A stretch of 64,000 nt of DNA from Octopus vulgaris (GCA_951406725.2 OX597822.1:67270001-67334000), one strand, 5' to 3'. Numbered from the stretch's first letter, positions 1 to 13,958 are shown. The notes: generated from the sequence alone by a model not told the origin. Made by a program: numbers and translations.

Positions 1-142
1 GAGGACTTATTCTTTGTTAGCCTAGTATTTATTCTATTGGGATCTTTTGACGAACCGCTAGGGTACTGGGATGTAAACGCACCAGCATAGGTTGTCAAGT
101 GATGTTAGGGGGGACAAACACGCACACACACACACACACATG

Positions 143-184
<42 letters not shown>

Positions 185-350
185 CATTTATATACGACGG
201 GCTTCTTTCAGCTTCCGTCTATCAAATCCACTCACAAGTCTTTGGTCGACCCGAGGATATAGAAGACACTCACCCAAGGTGCCGCGCAGTGGGACTGAAC
301 CCTGAACCATGTGTTTGGTAAGCAAGCTACTTACTACACAGCCACTCCTA
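1..350 (-). mobile_element. tRNA-derived SINE family A copy (cut by window start)
   Basis: Minus-strand head TAGGAGTGGCTGTGTAGTAAG...GGTTCAGTCCC (box A/B-like) with an internal (CA)n(TA)n tract; same sequence as copies at 7137, 21103, 40157, 56290 and 59982. Confidence 0.85.
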
Positions 351-675
351 TTTACATATATATATATTTATATATATATTTGTGTATGTCATTATGTCTG
401 TGTATCCCCATCACGACTTGACAACTGGTGTTGTTTTGTTTCCGTCCCTGTAACTTAATGGATTTGGTAAAAATGGTCCATAGAATAGGTACTAGGCTTT
501 AAAATAATAAGTGTTGCTGTCCATGGGTCTGACTAAAACCCTTCAAAGTTGTACTGCAGCATCAGTTAAACGAGTAACAGAACATGTTCGTATATGTGTG
601 TGCTCGCATATATTTATATATATCCATATATATATATATATATATCCATATATATATATATATATATATATATAT

Positions 676-734
<59 letters not shown>

Positions 735-736
<2 letters not shown>

Positions 737-975
737 GGAGTAAACACATAAAGGAATCCCCACCTTTCAACGTGACATGGAGCATTCTGGACAGGGCGGC
801 ACCATACAGGCATGGAGCATACAAAAATAATTTCAAGTGCAAGCTTTGTCTATTAGAAAAAATGTACATCTTATTCAAAGACAATAATTCTTTGAATCAA
901 AGAAGTGAGCTAATGAACTTATGTAGGCACGCGGCTAAATTTAAAATGTCGAATATAAATATACCATATGGATAG
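735..975 (+). pseudogene. 5'-truncated Penelope-like element fragment: C-terminal end of GIY-YIG endonuclease
   Basis: Directly after (TA)n the frame reads ...[12 protein letters not shown]...[36 protein letters not shown]; the CxLCxxEK...LNxRSE...CRH pattern is what I recognise from PLE GIY-YIG C-termini (possibly Naiad-type). Confidence 0.7.
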
Positions 976-2051
976 AGTATATATTTTGTATTTTTGATTT
1001 TGATTTTGACTCTTGAACGATGAGCGCTACGATGGATTTTGTTTCCAAGCTATGCGGATCTTAATCCGTATAGCAAAGTCTTATGTTTCTACATATATAT
1101 TAGGAAAAACCTCCAACTTTGTTTTCATGTTATTGTATTGTATAGGATTACCTTGATTATTTATATTTCCTTGATTATTTATAAATGATCCAAAATAGGA
1201 TGTTATATTTTATTTTATATGTCTTTCGTATATATTTTCATTAATGCACCCATTTTTTAAAAAAAAAGCAATGTTTTTTTAAAAAAAAAGCAATGTTGTC
1301 AAAATTAGAACGTTGATATAAGTATGTGCATAGCAAAGCATATGTATTTGTAAGCATGCGTATCTGTGTATGTGTAAGTGAAAGTATGTTTGTGCTTAAG
1401 CAGACATATACACGACTGTATGTATATGTATCCATTCAAACTTGTGTATGTATACTTGTCTCCATATATGCCAATAATGCCGTTACACTGCTTGTATACA
1501 TAATTTTTTGTTATTTCGTTTTTTTTCCCCACACCTCCTTCGTTCCTTTTCTCTCTCTCCCTTTCTTTCGTTCCTCACCCCTTACTCAGTATATGAGAAT
1601 CGCTACATAGATCAATTTTTTAACTTGCGTGCGAGATGGTTTTGCGTGAATATATGTACACATGCTTTTATGTGTATATTTAGATTTATATTCATACGTC
1701 TGTATACGTATGGCGTTTGCGCGCATAATTTTGTGTATGTTGATATATATATGTAGATTTTAATATAAATATGTATTGCAGTGTAATATTTATAACAGGT
1801 TTAATTTCTATGCATTAATTTGCACTTTCTTCATTAACGTCAATATGTATTTTATTCAATGTAAGGTTTTTTCCTCGGATTTTATAATTTTTATAAGTTT
1901 TTTTATATATATATACATATATTTTTGACCTTTTGTTTATCGCTCGAAGATTGACCGTTTTTTCTAAAGGGCCAATCAAACAAGTCCATTTCTTTTTAAA
2001 GGTGTAGCGTTTGTAAGAGTATAGATTGAATTGATATATCGGTTCCATTCT

Positions 2052-2106
2052 AGCAAAAACTGTCTGATGAACGGCAACGAGAAACTCAGAGTAACAGATT
2101 TTGTTG
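2052..2106 (+). ncRNA. minimal type I hammerhead ribozyme with canonical core, in a PLE pLTR remnant
   Basis: CTGT-CTGATGA-ACG(GCAA)CGA-GAAA-CTCAGAG-TA-ACAG at 2060-2097; stem I extends CAAAA/TTTTG; remnant ends at about 2130 against (TA)n. Confidence 0.8.
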
Positions 2107-2129
2107 AATTTTCTGCTGCTTAAAATAAA

Positions 2130-2265
<136 letters not shown>

Positions 2266-2745
2266 GGACGTATGTATGTTTGTATATGTTTGTGTGAGTG
2301 TTTGTTTTGTGTATGAAGCGAAATATGCATATCAAGAAAACGGGAGGAAGTGTATAGACACGTGTAGATTGGAAGAGAGAGACAGAGAGGGAGGAAGGAT
2401 GTTAGAGAGAGAGAGAGAGAGAGGAAGAGGAAAGCAGAACGAATAATTCTGAAATGTATTCCCTTTATCTGTTCTATTATACGAGATCTTTGTTTGATCA
2501 AAATGAAATCAGTATGTATATTTTTTTTATTAAAATGAAAATTTTCTTTGGGTCAGTAGTTTGCTGTAATATCTTTGTTTTATTGTAACACCTAGAGTAA
2601 ACCGCTGGTAATTATTTTCTCGTTTTGGGTGATAGAAGTCAGCAGGTAGTTTTACGAACGTAGCTGTAATAATGATTTATAACAGTCTGTTTAAATTATG
2701 CCAGAATACTTTCTCTTTCATTGACACTGTTACTTGATTACAATA

Positions 2746-3300
2746 CAGGATTATTCAAAAAGAATGAACCAATTTCATTACGCAATATTTAAAAAAGGAA
2801 ATGCAATAGAATACTCCAGCTAAGTCAAAAGTATTTACTTACAATCAATTTTTATTACCTGTCTTACAAGTGTTCAATGTGGCCACCACCTGCGGCACAG
2901 GTAACATCGATGCGATAAGAGAATTCCTCCCAGACGCGTATCTTCTTGGCCTGCGAGTTCCCCAGACCTCACTGTGTGTGATTATTTTTTTTCTCGTGGG
3001 GTATGTAAAAGATCGCGTTCATGTTCCACCGCTACCCAGTAACCTCGATGACCTTAAACATCGAATAAGAACAGGGATCACCTCAGTGGATCGTGATCTG
3101 CCGATACACGTCTGGGAGGGATTGTCTTATCGCAACGATGTTGCCTGGGCTGCAAGTGGTGGCCACATTGAACACTCCTAAGACAAGAAATAAAAGGTTG
3201 ATTGTAAGTAAATACTTGTGACTTAGCTGGAGTTTTCTATTGTTTTTCCTTATTAAAATATTGCATAATGTAATCGGTTCATTGTTTTTTAATAACCCTG
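2746..3300. mobile_element. Tc1/mariner-derived fold-back MITE with ~200-bp imperfect inverted arms
   Basis: TA|CAGGATTATTCAAAAAGAATGAACC...GGTTCATTGTTTTTTAATAACCCTG|TA; interior reads as a transposase C-terminal remnant (WPASSPDLTVCD...GYVKDRVHVPPLPSNLDDLKHRI...GGHIEH). Confidence 0.8.
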
Positions 3301-3449
3301 TATATACTGATATCAAATTAGTGAGATTGAGATCTTACTCCGTAAAGATGTCGTCCGGAATTTCAGCATATGATGAAAAAGAACTTAATAAAATACATTA
3401 ATGCATTTTGTATACTGTTGTGCTGATTATTTGCCGCCATTGTAAAAAA

Positions 3450-3765
3450 CGCATGGCTAAGTCGTTAGGGTATTTGGTTGACAATCGTAAGAGCTTGGGT
3501 TCGATACCCGGTCAGGCATTGTACTCTTGAGAACACTTTATTTCATGCTCTCCAGTTCACTCAGCCAGTAAAAACGAATTCTACCTGTAATTTAACAGGA
3601 CAGCGTTGCCGCATTCTGTATCACGCTGAATTCCCTGAGATCTATGTCAAGGTTACGCCTGTCTGTGGAATGCTCAGCCACTTGCGCGTTAATTTCGCGA
3701 GCAGGCTGTTCCGTTGACTGGATCACCTGAAACATTCATGGTCGTAACCGATGGAGCGCTTGTCG
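3450..3765 (+). mobile_element. tRNA-derived SINE family C (degenerate)
   Basis: GCATGGCTAAGTCGTTAGG...GGTTCGATACCC head; body matches 26566-26880. Confidence 0.75.
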
Positions 3766-4598
3766 TTAATATTTGTGACACGATGTAACACTAGCTCATA
3801 CAAATGTTAGCAGTGTGTGTATTCGATAAAATAGCATGAGTTGTGAATCGATTAAATTCAAACTAGGCAGAATTAGAACACATAGAATGTATATGCACAA
3901 ATCTTGATAGAACGTGGTGTTCTGTGTTTCACTGCTGAAACGGCAGTAAAAGATTTTTCAGTAAAGAATAATCTTAGATTTATTGAAGCTATTACAGTGC
4001 AGAGAAAGTTCTTTCGCGGCTAGGAGTATTTTTTTTTTCGTTTTATTCTAACACCTACACTAAACTGCTGGTAATTATTTTCTCGTTTTGGGTGATAGAA
4101 ATCAGCAAGTAGATTTACGAACGTAGCTGTAATAATGATTTACAACAGTCTGTTTAAATTTTTCTATCTCGCCTTGCTATAATAAAATCAAAATATTACT
4201 TTCGAATTTTTGTACGAAGTCAACCATTTCTGGAAAGTAAGTAAGTCGATTACATCTATCTCAATGTTCAACTGCTACTCATTATTATCGAAATCGGAAA
4301 GGCAAAATCAACCTCTGGGAATTTCGGACGAAATCCCGCCAAGCATTTCGTTCGACGTCGTAATGATTCTGCCAGCATGCCATCTTAATAGAAGCCAAAA
4401 TAATGGTCTCTTAAATCAAAACAGGATATGTATTTAAAGTAAAATTTAATTTCCAACATAATATGGCAGTCATGGAAGGGACGTTGTTTCTATTTATTAG
4501 CCCCAAGAAACATCAGATCCTTCTGACTATACTACACATTATGTGTCCTTATATTTTCGAACCAGAGATTCAGCATCCCCGCCCACCACAAAACAACA

Positions 4599-4641
4599 TC
4601 TGTGGGCTAGTTTCAGGGTTTTTGCTCTTCATCAACACAGA
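4599..4641 (-). ncRNA. degenerate minimal hammerhead-like motif
   Basis: Minus strand TCTGTG-TTGATGA-AGAG(CAAAAA)CCCT-GAAA-CTAG-CC-CACAGA; 6-bp stem I, C3 and U16.1 mutated. Confidence 0.55.
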
Positions 4642-6651
4642 GTGGCTGCTTGGCTAAGTGGCGTTGCTGAATTCACGGCTCAAATATATAGAATTTGCAT
4701 TGGTTATTCTTTTTTCTGTTCTAGAAATGTGATCAGAATTTATTACACGTATATTTTTTTGTCACGTTTTAGTGTAATAAAAATAAACTAAAATCAAAAC
4801 TCAATCATGAATCCGACATTAGTCTCAATACAAAATATAATTGCATTTCTTGGAACACCTGTGAGATATAAAATATAATACGTTAGGCTTGCAACGAATA
4901 CTGATTTAATTTATTGTCTTATACTCAATAATTTAAAGGATGTCATACTTACCAGAATTCAGTGAAGTGTAAATATGATGTTTCGTTCGTGGGTCAACGC
5001 ATATCAGGTTGTCGAAAAGTATTATAGGTGTTTATAGAAAGTACATAATACTAGAAAGATCGAATAAAAAAAATGGGCAAAGTGTTCTTATACAGAAAGG
5101 AAGAAAATCAAAAAGCCATCTGGATTACACAGAAGGTTCTATTTGTAAATGAAGGTGAGTTAATCCTAAAGAGGTAAATTTGCAATTAGCTTATGAAGCA
5201 TTAGATTAGGAAATAATTATTTATTACGAACCGTCGCTACGAAATACATGGCGTTGTGTCTGTCTAAGGGGAAATTGGTTTTGTTTTTGCTGTTTAGTGT
5301 TTGAGGGCGCTAACCTATGATCGAAATTATTCCGACCTTATCTTCTCGTCTTTTGTATTTAAAATATTATCCCTTTATCCAATGTGTCCTCACATTTTGA
5401 AAATGGTAGGATGTGATTTGTGTGAGTTCTGGCTGTTATTTTTACTCGATCGAGCTATGGAGCAGAGTTATTCTCTTTGCTTATTATTTTACCATTAACG
5501 CAAGCATTTAAGCATAACATACCAATATTATGCTAAAAGCAAAGCTGAGCGAGAGAGAGAGAGAGCAGAGAAGGTGCCAAAGGAATTTATTTATCTTTCA
5601 CTCTTTATACGTTGTCTGTTCTGTTTCTGATATTAAATAAAAAAGAAAGCATCATCAGATGAAAGATTTGGAACATCAAAGAGAAAAAAAAGCCTAGTTT
5701 GTGGCATATTATTTTTAAAGTAGACTGTCTTTTGTTAGTTACAGAAGAAACGAATAAACCAAATAGCGATAGACGTATCATTAGAAACCACAGCTATCAG
5801 CAAATAGACATACATTAACTGAAGTAATTGCAGCCGAAATAAATATTTAACTATACATTATGGAACACACTTGAGAGCAATCGACAGCAAAGCACACAGA
5901 CAGCTAACATTATAGTAGTACTTAGATACATATCTACTTAAGTCTTAAGTGGATAGGTTAAACGAACATTACGAATTTGAAGCAATTCATTTCCTACTCT
6001 GTAATTAGCGATTCAATTAAAGAGTGGTCAGTACGTTGTTGGGCATTATTTTTACCAATTTCGATCCAGAGAAAGGAAATGTCAACGATATACGTTCTTA
6101 AGTCGACAATTTGTTTCTAATGCATTTAGTTGTACTGTTCAATTTCTTTGGGTTTTTCACGTTTGAAGTCTCTGTCTCTACGGTATGGTGATAGTAAATT
6201 AGCAAATTAGCCACTAAATAATTATACTAGATTTTCATGGGAGACGCTGAATTTAGAGTAGATATAACAGGTGCGAGTGGGAGGTGTGTAACTTCAGAAA
6301 TAGAAAAAGAGAAGACAAATAAAAGGAAAAACGAGGAAGACAGAGAGAAAGAGAAAAAGTGATGAAAATATCAAGATGTTACACTCACACACCAGGGGGC
6401 ACACACACACACAGACATACACACACGTCTGTGTCTTTGTTCTGTGTGCTCATAATTACGATTCCCAAAACACCGTCTACAAAATATATTACCTATAAAC
6501 TTATTGCAGGTGATGCGTTTGTGAACGTGAGTATATGTTCGTGTATGTGTGCGTATTCACGTATGCTTATATGTATGTGTGTATCTCTCACTCTCTCTCT
6601 CTTTCTCTCACTTCCTCTCTCTCCATTTCTCTCTCTCTCTCTCTTTCTTTC

Positions 6652-6743
<92 letters not shown>

Positions 6744-7136
6744 ATAGAAGGGCTGGTGTGGGTGTGTGGTAAGAAATTTGCTTCTCAACCACATGGTTTC
6801 GCGTTCAGTCTCACTACGTGACAACTTAGTCGGCTATCTTCCATTCCTTCGAGCCTACTAAATCCTCATGAATGTATTTGAAAGACGAAAACTCAAAGAA
6901 ACCAATGTGTGTATGTGTGTGTGTGTGTGAGTGTGTGTGAGTGTGAGTGTGTGTGTGTGTGTATAGTATTGATAAAATAGATGGAATGTATAATAGATAT
7001 AATTGGGTGCAACACATATTTTGACCCGTTTTGGGTCGCTTCGGGTACATCAATAAAAAGTCTCACCAGAGATTTCCTGAGTCCATCAAATGCGAGAATG
7101 AGTAAAACAAGAGTAAACTTATATATATATATATAT

Positions 7137-7667
<531 letters not shown>

Positions 7668-7883
7668 GGGTGGATGTGTGTATGTATATACGCTGAGTAT
7701 ACAGGGATTAATTATCCAGGCGGGTACCGTAAGAGCTCTCAGATATAGTACGAGTTATGGCTAATCACATCATGTATTAAGAAGCATCAAGGAGCGCTAA
7801 ATAATTATGCTGTGTAATTGCTTTAGACTTACACTCCCGAATACACACACACATATGTATATATACATATCTATATCTATCTA

Positions 7884-7938
<55 letters not shown>

Positions 7939-9558
7939 CATGAATTAATGTGAACTTATTTACTGAATTATATCCATGTAGTGAATATATGCGCCCGTAC
8001 GTGTTGTGTATGCATGTTTGTGCCTCTCGAAGAATACTTTATATGTATTTGCTTTCATTAACTTCCGAAAGAATTAGGGCTTGGAAGATGCAAAAATAAA
8101 AATAAAATTAACTTCATTTTATTTTGTATATAGACGAAAGAGCATTAAAAGATGCCCAAGAATTAAGTATATGTTTATGCATGTATATATATGTGCATGA
8201 ATATATATTTTACTTTTTACTTTACTTGATTTCAGCCAGAGACAGGAGGGCAATCCTAGGACCTTTAGTGAGTTTTAATTGCACACTCATTTCAAAACAT
8301 TCTCTCCGTATTTGTTTCTAGAGGTGCATCGTGTTGGAGAGAGCTTTTCTCATTCCTATTTCCTACCACGATAGGGCTTCAAACCTCAGATAACTATCTG
8401 CCTAAATGTTCTTTGAAAATACCCAAAAGTTCACCTCACACCTGAGTTTGTTTGGTAGAATTTTGTGGTCGAAGATTTGGCCGAAAAGATGAGGGACTGT
8501 TAGTATGTCTGTATATTTCTAAGTATTTATGAGCTGTTGCCGATTTGGTCTGTCGTACGCTACATCAGCCAGTGCGACCATCTCTTAGAAATAATACGAT
8601 GGAATTTGTAGCAGACTTGGTCGCTGTTTCTAGAAGATCGAACACTTATGTAGAAGTTCTCTTGCTGGATCACCGTGATTCCCGAAATAAAATCCTTAGT
8701 AAAACTGTTTCTCCTCTTGTTTACCCTGGCTGGCTAAATAAATTTATATGTATTTATATGTATTTGACACCTAATGAGTATATAACAAATGCAGTATATT
8801 TGTTTAAATAATTAAAAGCCACCAGCCACATGGTATGTATGATGTATGAGTTTTATGTGGACTTATCCGGTTATTTTTCCCTATATATATTACATGGACT
8901 CACAATTGATTGCATCGGTATAGGTTCACGAAGAATGGAGAAGAATGCCGGACAACCCAGAGTATTCCACAGAAATAAGCAGTTAAAGAGTCCACAATGA
9001 ATAAATGGTATATGGTAACATACAAAAAGTACAACGATAGAAAGGAGAATTACCAAATTCAAATCGGTAATTATAGTAAAATTACCAGTGGAGCTTTACA
9101 CAGAAAATACATAAGGTATAGTGATAGACCAAGAGAGGTATGGAAAACTGAAAGGGTCGTTTGGAACTAGCATAGACCCATTGGGAGTTGAGGTGGAGTT
9201 CAAAGACCTGCCGCCTGTTGTGGCTGCAAAGATTTGAAACTGTATATGAACTCGAAAGCGTAAGTATTTTTAAATAAGACTATACATAAGATGCTAAAAG
9301 GGTGGGGAGGGAAAAAGTGAGGAAAAACGATATAAAAATCCTTTTTGAAACAGTTAAACGATATTGTTTGAGTGTGTGGTTCAATGTGGCCATTACATCA
9401 ATATCAATTTTTATTCATCCCTCATACATTCGTTTTATGTTTTTGTCCTTACTGTGTATTGGCCTGTGTGCCAAATAAAAGAATTACGGTACAGGATGTT
9501 CACTGTTGATGTTGTTACCCCTTCTCATACGTTCTGCTGCTGCTGCTGCTGCTGCTGC

Positions 9559-9590
<32 letters not shown>

Positions 9591-9900
9591 TTGGTTGTGC
9601 TTCCGTTACGACGAGATAGAAATTCGCAGTTTACGGTTATTTGATCCTTGTTCCCATAACGGGGTTTATGAAATAAGCAAATTACAAAACTTAAAACGGT
9701 GTACAAGTAAAGAGTAGAGAAGTATACAAACAAAGGGCTGTATAGTTAATAAAGAAAGTGTAGGCAGTGTACAATGTGTAAGATAGAGTGAAATTGGGAT
9801 ATTGGACTGTGTAAGCTAGTGTGCAATTGGGGTATAAGACTGTATATGAAGAAGTGTAGGATAGTGTACTCGAAAGTTCTATGTTGTTATTACTATTTCT

Positions 9901-10685
9901 TATTTCTTTATTAACCATAAGGGGCTAGACACAGAGGAGACAAACGAAGATAGACAAACGGGTTAAGTCGATTATATCGACCCCAGTCCGTAACTGGTAC
10001 TTATTTAATCGACCCCGAAAGGATAAAAGGCAAAGTCGACCTCGGCGGAATTTGAACTCAGAACGTAGCGGCAGACGAAATACCTATTTCTTTACTACCC
10101 ACAAGGGGCTAAACACAGAGAGGACAAACAAGGACAGACAAACGGATTAAGTCGATTATATCAACCCTAGTGCGTAACTAGTACTTAATTTATCGATCCC
10201 GAAAGGATGAAAGGCAAAGTCGACCTCGGCGGAATTTGAACTCAGAACGTAGCGGCAGACGAAATACCTATTTCTTTACTACCCACAAGGGGCTAAACAC
10301 AGAGAGGACAAACAAGGACAGACAAACGGATTAAGTCGATTATATCAACCCTAGTGCGTAACTAGTACTTAATTTATCGAACCCGAAAGGATGAAAGGCA
10401 AAGTCGACCTCGACGGAATTTGAACTCAGAACGTAGCGGCAGACGAAATACCTATTTCTTTACTACCCACAAGGGGCTAAACACAGAGAGGACAAACAAG
10501 GACAGACAAACGGATTAAGTCGATTATATTAACCCCAGTGCGTAACTAGTACTTAATTTATCGACCGCGAAAGGAAGAAAGGCAAAGTCGACCTCGACAG
10601 AATTTGAACTCACAACGTAACGGCAGGTGAAATACCGCTAAGCATTTCGTCCGGCGTGTTAATGTTTCTGCTAGCTCGCCGCCTT
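9901..10685 (-). repeat. SINE family B head-to-tail tetramer (184-bp units, single 5' head)
   Basis: Units start at 9901, 10085, 10269 and 10453; head AAGGCGGCGAGCT at 10685; 14-bp TSD TATTACTATTTCTT at 9888-9901 and 10687-10700. Confidence 0.92.
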
Positions 10686-11439
10686 CTATTACTATTTCTT
10701 GTCATCTGGGTGGGTTAATGGGTAGATCTAACCTCGGAAGATTAAAACTTAGAGTTGAAAAACAAATTAAAAATATTGATTTGAAACTTTGTCTTGACAT
10801 AGTGCCACGAAATATAGAGAATGGTATAGCTGAATTAGTCTAACCCATTATTTGACTAGTGATATTATATTTACATCTAAAGGCTAAAATCAAAGGCGAG
10901 ATTGATTTTTGAAATAAGGTCAAGTCCGAAAATAAGAGAAAATGTTAAGGAATATAGCCAATTAAATCAACGTAATATATGACTGGTACACTGGTTATCG
11001 ATTTTAGAAGGATGAAAGGTGAAGATATGAGTAATTTATGCCACCAGCTAATTGATTTAGTCAACCTTGCACAATACGAATATCTAAATATTGGTTTCAT
11101 ATTTTGGCACAAGTCCAACTGTCTCAGAGGAGGGCTAAGTCAAGTACATCGACCCCGGCGATCAACTCGTATTTATTATATCGATTCCGAAAGGATCAAA
11201 GGCAAGGGTCGACTTCGGCGGAATTTGAACTCAGAACAAAATGACAGGAAATAACGCTAAGCATTTTGCTCGTTGTGCTAACAATCCTGCCAACTTGCCT
11301 CCTTGGAAAACCTAATATTGAGCAAACCAGGAAATCTTTACATAGGTCTTCAATTTGTTAGATTTAGTAGTGAAATTGTCTTCAAATCATACCCTACCGC
11401 CATACATACGGAGAAGATTTATTAGAAACTGTGGTGTTA

Positions 11440-12006
11440 TTGGGTTGCCCGGAAATTTCGTACCGATTTTTAAAGGAAAGAAAAAGGTCAATAAATACTT
11501 GCCATTACATTTTTAATCAACCAAATATGAATCATTTTGCTGCACAACGCGTCTCCATCTTTCCTTTAACTTGAAAATACCCTCTTTCCAGGAATTGGGG
11601 TGGTTTCATGGAAAAGAATTCATCAAGGTATCTTTTTATGTCATCCAAGTAATTGAAATTTTTACCATCAAGACTATTCTGCAGAGACATGAATAAGTGG
11701 AAATCTGAAGGAGCAACATCTGGGGAATATGGATGGTGGGGTAACACATCTCAGCCGAGCTGCAGCAATTTTTGTCTGGTTCCCAAAGCATCAAATGCCG
11801 AAAATGAACTTTGTTATCTTCCATTTTAAAGGGTTACAGAATTAACACAGGTTATAGGAACATAAACCTTCTTCCCCGAAAATATAGCTTAAACTGTGCT
11901 CGAAATGGAGGTGTAGTCAAATCCTATTCTATGGATTCAACCATGTTCTAAAATAAGTCGAATGTTAAGCTATTATAAATCGACACGAACTTTCCGGACA
12001 ACCCAA
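11440..12006 (-). mobile_element. internally deleted non-autonomous mariner
   Basis: TA-flanked TIRs TTGGGTTGCCCGGAAATTTCG / CGAACTTTCCGGACAACCCAA; transposase N-terminus MEDNKVHFRHLMLW joined to C-terminus HHPYSPDVAPSDFHLF. Confidence 0.9.
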
Positions 12007-12505
12007 TACATCGCTCTGAAAATAGGATGACGATCTAGCGATGGATTACACTTCGTCAGAGGTCTGCTCTTTGAGAGTTTACTTAGGGTTATACGAAAGC
12101 AACAGGGATAATAACAAAAGCAAAAGAAACAAAACTATAACGCTCAGTCAATCATTCAAAGCATTTCTGTCATCTATACTAGAAGTCACTATATTGAATG
12201 TGTTTTCAATTTCTTTGTGTTGTATCACTTAAGTTCAGATAACTATAACACAGTGTAACAACTGAAAAAAAGCTACATAGATGGCACGATCATTAAAACA
12301 AAGTCATTATACTAAGGGGTTCATTACATTAATTGCTACTAATTAATTAATACTGTCCGTGCTTTAGCTTCTGAATATTTCTTGTCTTGCACTACATACT
12401 GATACCATTTGATCATTGATGCTGAAAATCAGGCTCTATAGCCATGCATATTATCAAAACGTTATCGCAGAGGAACAAAGTGGAACATGTGTGCGAGTGA
12501 GAGTG

Positions 12506-12619
<114 letters not shown>

Positions 12620-12784
12620 AATAGGTATGAGACAACATACATTTGCTGATGTGTTTATGTTTACACAAATGTATGAATGCATGTATGCATCATACACATA
12701 CAATAAATGGTAAATAAACTAATAATGAATTCATATACACATCACAAATGTATTCAATGGGTTGAAATACATTGTACCGAATTA

Positions 12785-13200
12785 AGGCGGCGTGATGGCA
12801 GAATCGTTAGCAGGCAATATATGTTCGGAGTGACGTGCTTAGTAGAGCAGCTACCACACTGCGATCTGTTGAGTCTCTTACATTGTACCGAATTAAGGTG
12901 GCGAGCTGGCAGAATCGTTAGCACGCCGGGCGAAAAGCTTAGCGTATTTCATCTGCCGTTACGTTGTGAGTTCAAATTCCGCCGAGGTCGACTTTGCCTT
13001 TCATCATTTCGGGGTCGATAAATTAAGTAGCAGTTACGCACTGGGATCGATGTAATCGACTTAATGTCCTTGTTTGTACCCTCTATGTTTAACCCCTTGT
13101 GAGCAATAAAGAAATACGAATCGTTAGCAGGCCGGCTAAAATGCAGAGCTGTATTCTGTGCGTCTTTACGTCGTAAGTTCAAACTCCGCTTAGGTCCACA
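12785..13200 (+). mobile_element. nested SINE family B copies
   Basis: Full copy about 12896-13116, followed by GAATCGTTAGCAG and the rest of an older copy; 44-bp duplication 12769-12812 / 12880-12923. Confidence 0.8.
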
Positions 13201-13620
13201 TACTCGCTATCTAAAAACACCTCATATGCTACATGAAGTTTGTTTCTCATAGCGAACAGCTACAAACTCATGTCTTATCACACACGCAAACATAACACAC
13301 AGTACTGCGAAAATTAAAAGATTTTCCAATAAGTTTAGTAGTATTTACTCACGTACAAACGCATACTCACACACACGCATGCACCCATACACAGACACAC
13401 AATCACATTTATTGTATGAGTTTGTGTATTTGTGTGTATGTGTATATGTGTGTGGGAATTTTCGTAGAGTTTGAATCTAAACGAATTCCCTGCAATGGAA
13501 TTTGGTGGTTTCAGAATAGATAGAAGATACTTAGAGAAATGAACACAGAACAAAGTGGTTTTGAAGTAAAATACTTAACTGCGCTAACATGTACACGTCT
13601 GACCTGTCTGTCTGTCTGCC

Positions 13621-13783
13621 TGTGCAGGTGTGGCTGTGTGTTAAGAAGCTTCCTTGCCAACCACATGGTTCTGGCTTCAATCCTACTGTGTAGCACTTTG
13701 GGTAGGTTTTTTTCTCTATAGCCTTGGGCCGACCAAAGCCTTGTGAGTGGATTTGTTAGACGGAAACTGAAAAAAGATCGTCG

Positions 13784-13834
<51 letters not shown>

Positions 13835-13958
13835 ATATGTATGTGCTTTGTTCTGTGTCCCCCCCTTCCCCACCACGGCTTGACACACTGTTGTTAGTGA
13901 GATTACGTCCCCGTAATCATTGAGATGCTCCAGTATGACTGAAACGAGTACAAGAATA
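13621..13958 (+). mobile_element. SINE family A (internally deleted)
   Basis: tRNA-like head GGTGTGGCTGTGTGTTAAG, conserved body, GAAACGAGTACAAGA tail. Confidence 0.8.

Noticed and set aside
1015-1080. SECIS element downstream of the GIY-YIG fragment
   Set aside because: ATGA is present but the apical AA and opposing GA are not at the required spacing
9901-10685. Regular repeat array as CRISPR
   Set aside because: 184-bp near-identical units with no unique spacers, SINE-derived, eukaryotic context, no cas genes
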